DNA of 64,000 bases from NCBI RefSeq assembly GCF_006345805.1, contig NC_043004.1:51708001-51772000 (forward strand). Direction: 5' to 3'. Below the pieces are notes generated by a model. It was not told the DNA's origin and did not search any database. It saw nothing but the letters and a program-made list of their open reading frames with translations. The position numbers and the translations under genes were made by a program. Below are positions 62,755-64,000 of this stretch, one piece after another; within the stretch, counting starts at the first letter, position 1; the number at the start of each line of letters is the position of its first letter. Origin of the DNA: Octopus sinensis. Its lineage: Eukaryota.

Positions 62755-63239
62755 TAAATTAGAGATAAAACCACTATTAGAATATAATATATTTGATTTG
62801 CCTAATAGTGGTTTTATCTCTAATTTAATATAATATAATATATATAATATATTATACTATAAAATTGGATTTAATCCTAAATCTAATTTTTCCCTGTAAG
62901 TTTGGATTTATTCCCTAATATTATTATTATTATATATATATATATTATATATATATATATAATGACCAAAATACAGCGGGCAAGAATATGACTAGGACAA
63001 CTCAGTATATCTAGCAGGACATCCCCTTCTTTATGTGTGCACCTGATGTGATTCAAACTGCACAGATTGATGCCACACAATTAGATGCACAATATTCTAT
63101 CCATGATGGATATTTGCAGGATGAGCTGAAATGATCATCATAAATAAAGACTAGTGCTAAATTTATCTTCCATTTCTTTCATTAATAATAATAATAGTAA
63201 TAATAATAGATAGATAGATAGATAGATAGATAGTTTTAA

Positions 63240-63832
63240 GAGACAGAACCACCTTCAAGCAACTCAACATTGAATGCTATTATCTATGATAGAGATATAT
63301 AAGATTAAATATTATCAACTTAATACCTGCAATTACTATCTGATTCATATACATTAGATAAACTACATGTGTTTCATGACAATAATTGCTAAAGTAGAAG
63401 GTTTAGAAGTCTATTGATCTGACTATACTGCCAATCTTCAGGTCTGGATTATATAAAACTACTTTACTATTTACAACTTATATACAGACATGATAATTAA
63501 AATTATACATTTATAAATCATCGAAAAAATTTATCTTAACTAAAAACGAACAAATAAAGCATAATAACTGGAAAAAGAAAATGAAGTTAACATATCTTTT
63601 TGGTATGTCTTCTTACTCACCTCGAATTAACCATGGCTAGTAAGTGAACAACGTATAGTCCATCATAGAGAGCTACAGTGTAGGGGAGATAATTCATATT
63701 AAAAAAGTTAATAAGAATTATCTCCCCTACATTGCAGATAGTAATTGCAGGTATTAAGTTGATAATATTTAATCTTACATATTTCTATCATAGATGCCGT
63801 TCAATGTTGTGTTGCTTGAAGGTGGTTGTCTC
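63240..63832. mobile_element. Foldback/MITE with about 100-bp TIRs and TTAA flanks
   Basis: 63240-63342 is the near reverse complement of 63735-63832; internal 17-bp perfect hairpin 63679-63731. Confidence 0.8.
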
Positions 63833-63864
63833 TTAAACCTATCTATCTGTCTGTATGTTTATCT

Positions 63865-63901
<37 letters not shown>

Positions 63902-64000
63902 CATATATAATATATAAAATACAGTGGGAAATTCATTTTAGTACCACTAAATTGAATTTCTCACCCCTGTGGACTCGGAAATAAATTCTCTAATATTAAT

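Overview
AT-rich, microsatellite-dense animal genomic DNA. The repeat landscape looks like an octopus/coleoid cephalopod; this is inferred from recalled SINE sequences and is not proven here. One protein-coding gene dominates: a + strand glycine dehydrogenase (decarboxylating), the glycine cleavage system P protein, GLDC. Nineteen coding exons can be traced from position 1 (the gene starts upstream) to the stop codon at 51483-51485, with GT-AG junctions and consistent phases. One expected exon of about 108 nt (GFHAPT..EPTESE..) is absent and probably lies in the 100-N gap at 44727-44826. Introns and the downstream region are filled with three tRNA-headed SINE families, fragments of RTE, CR1, Tx1/L1-like, RLE-type and Penelope-like retroelements, mariner relics, TA/TTAA/8-bp-TSD MITEs and Helitron-like elements. 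Main observations: (1) a type I hammerhead ribozyme with a complete catalytic core on the GLDC sense strand, behind a Penelope GIY-YIG reading frame that the ORF track missed, plus several hammerheads with core mutations; (2) three consecutive long stem-loops after the GLDC stop, the first a head-to-head palindrome of two differently inactivated hammerheads and the second burying the first AATAAA; (3) a SINE subfamily whose 3' tail matches the 3' end of microsatellite-flanked Tx1-like LINE fragments. All alignments and folds were done by eye; no search or folding program was run.
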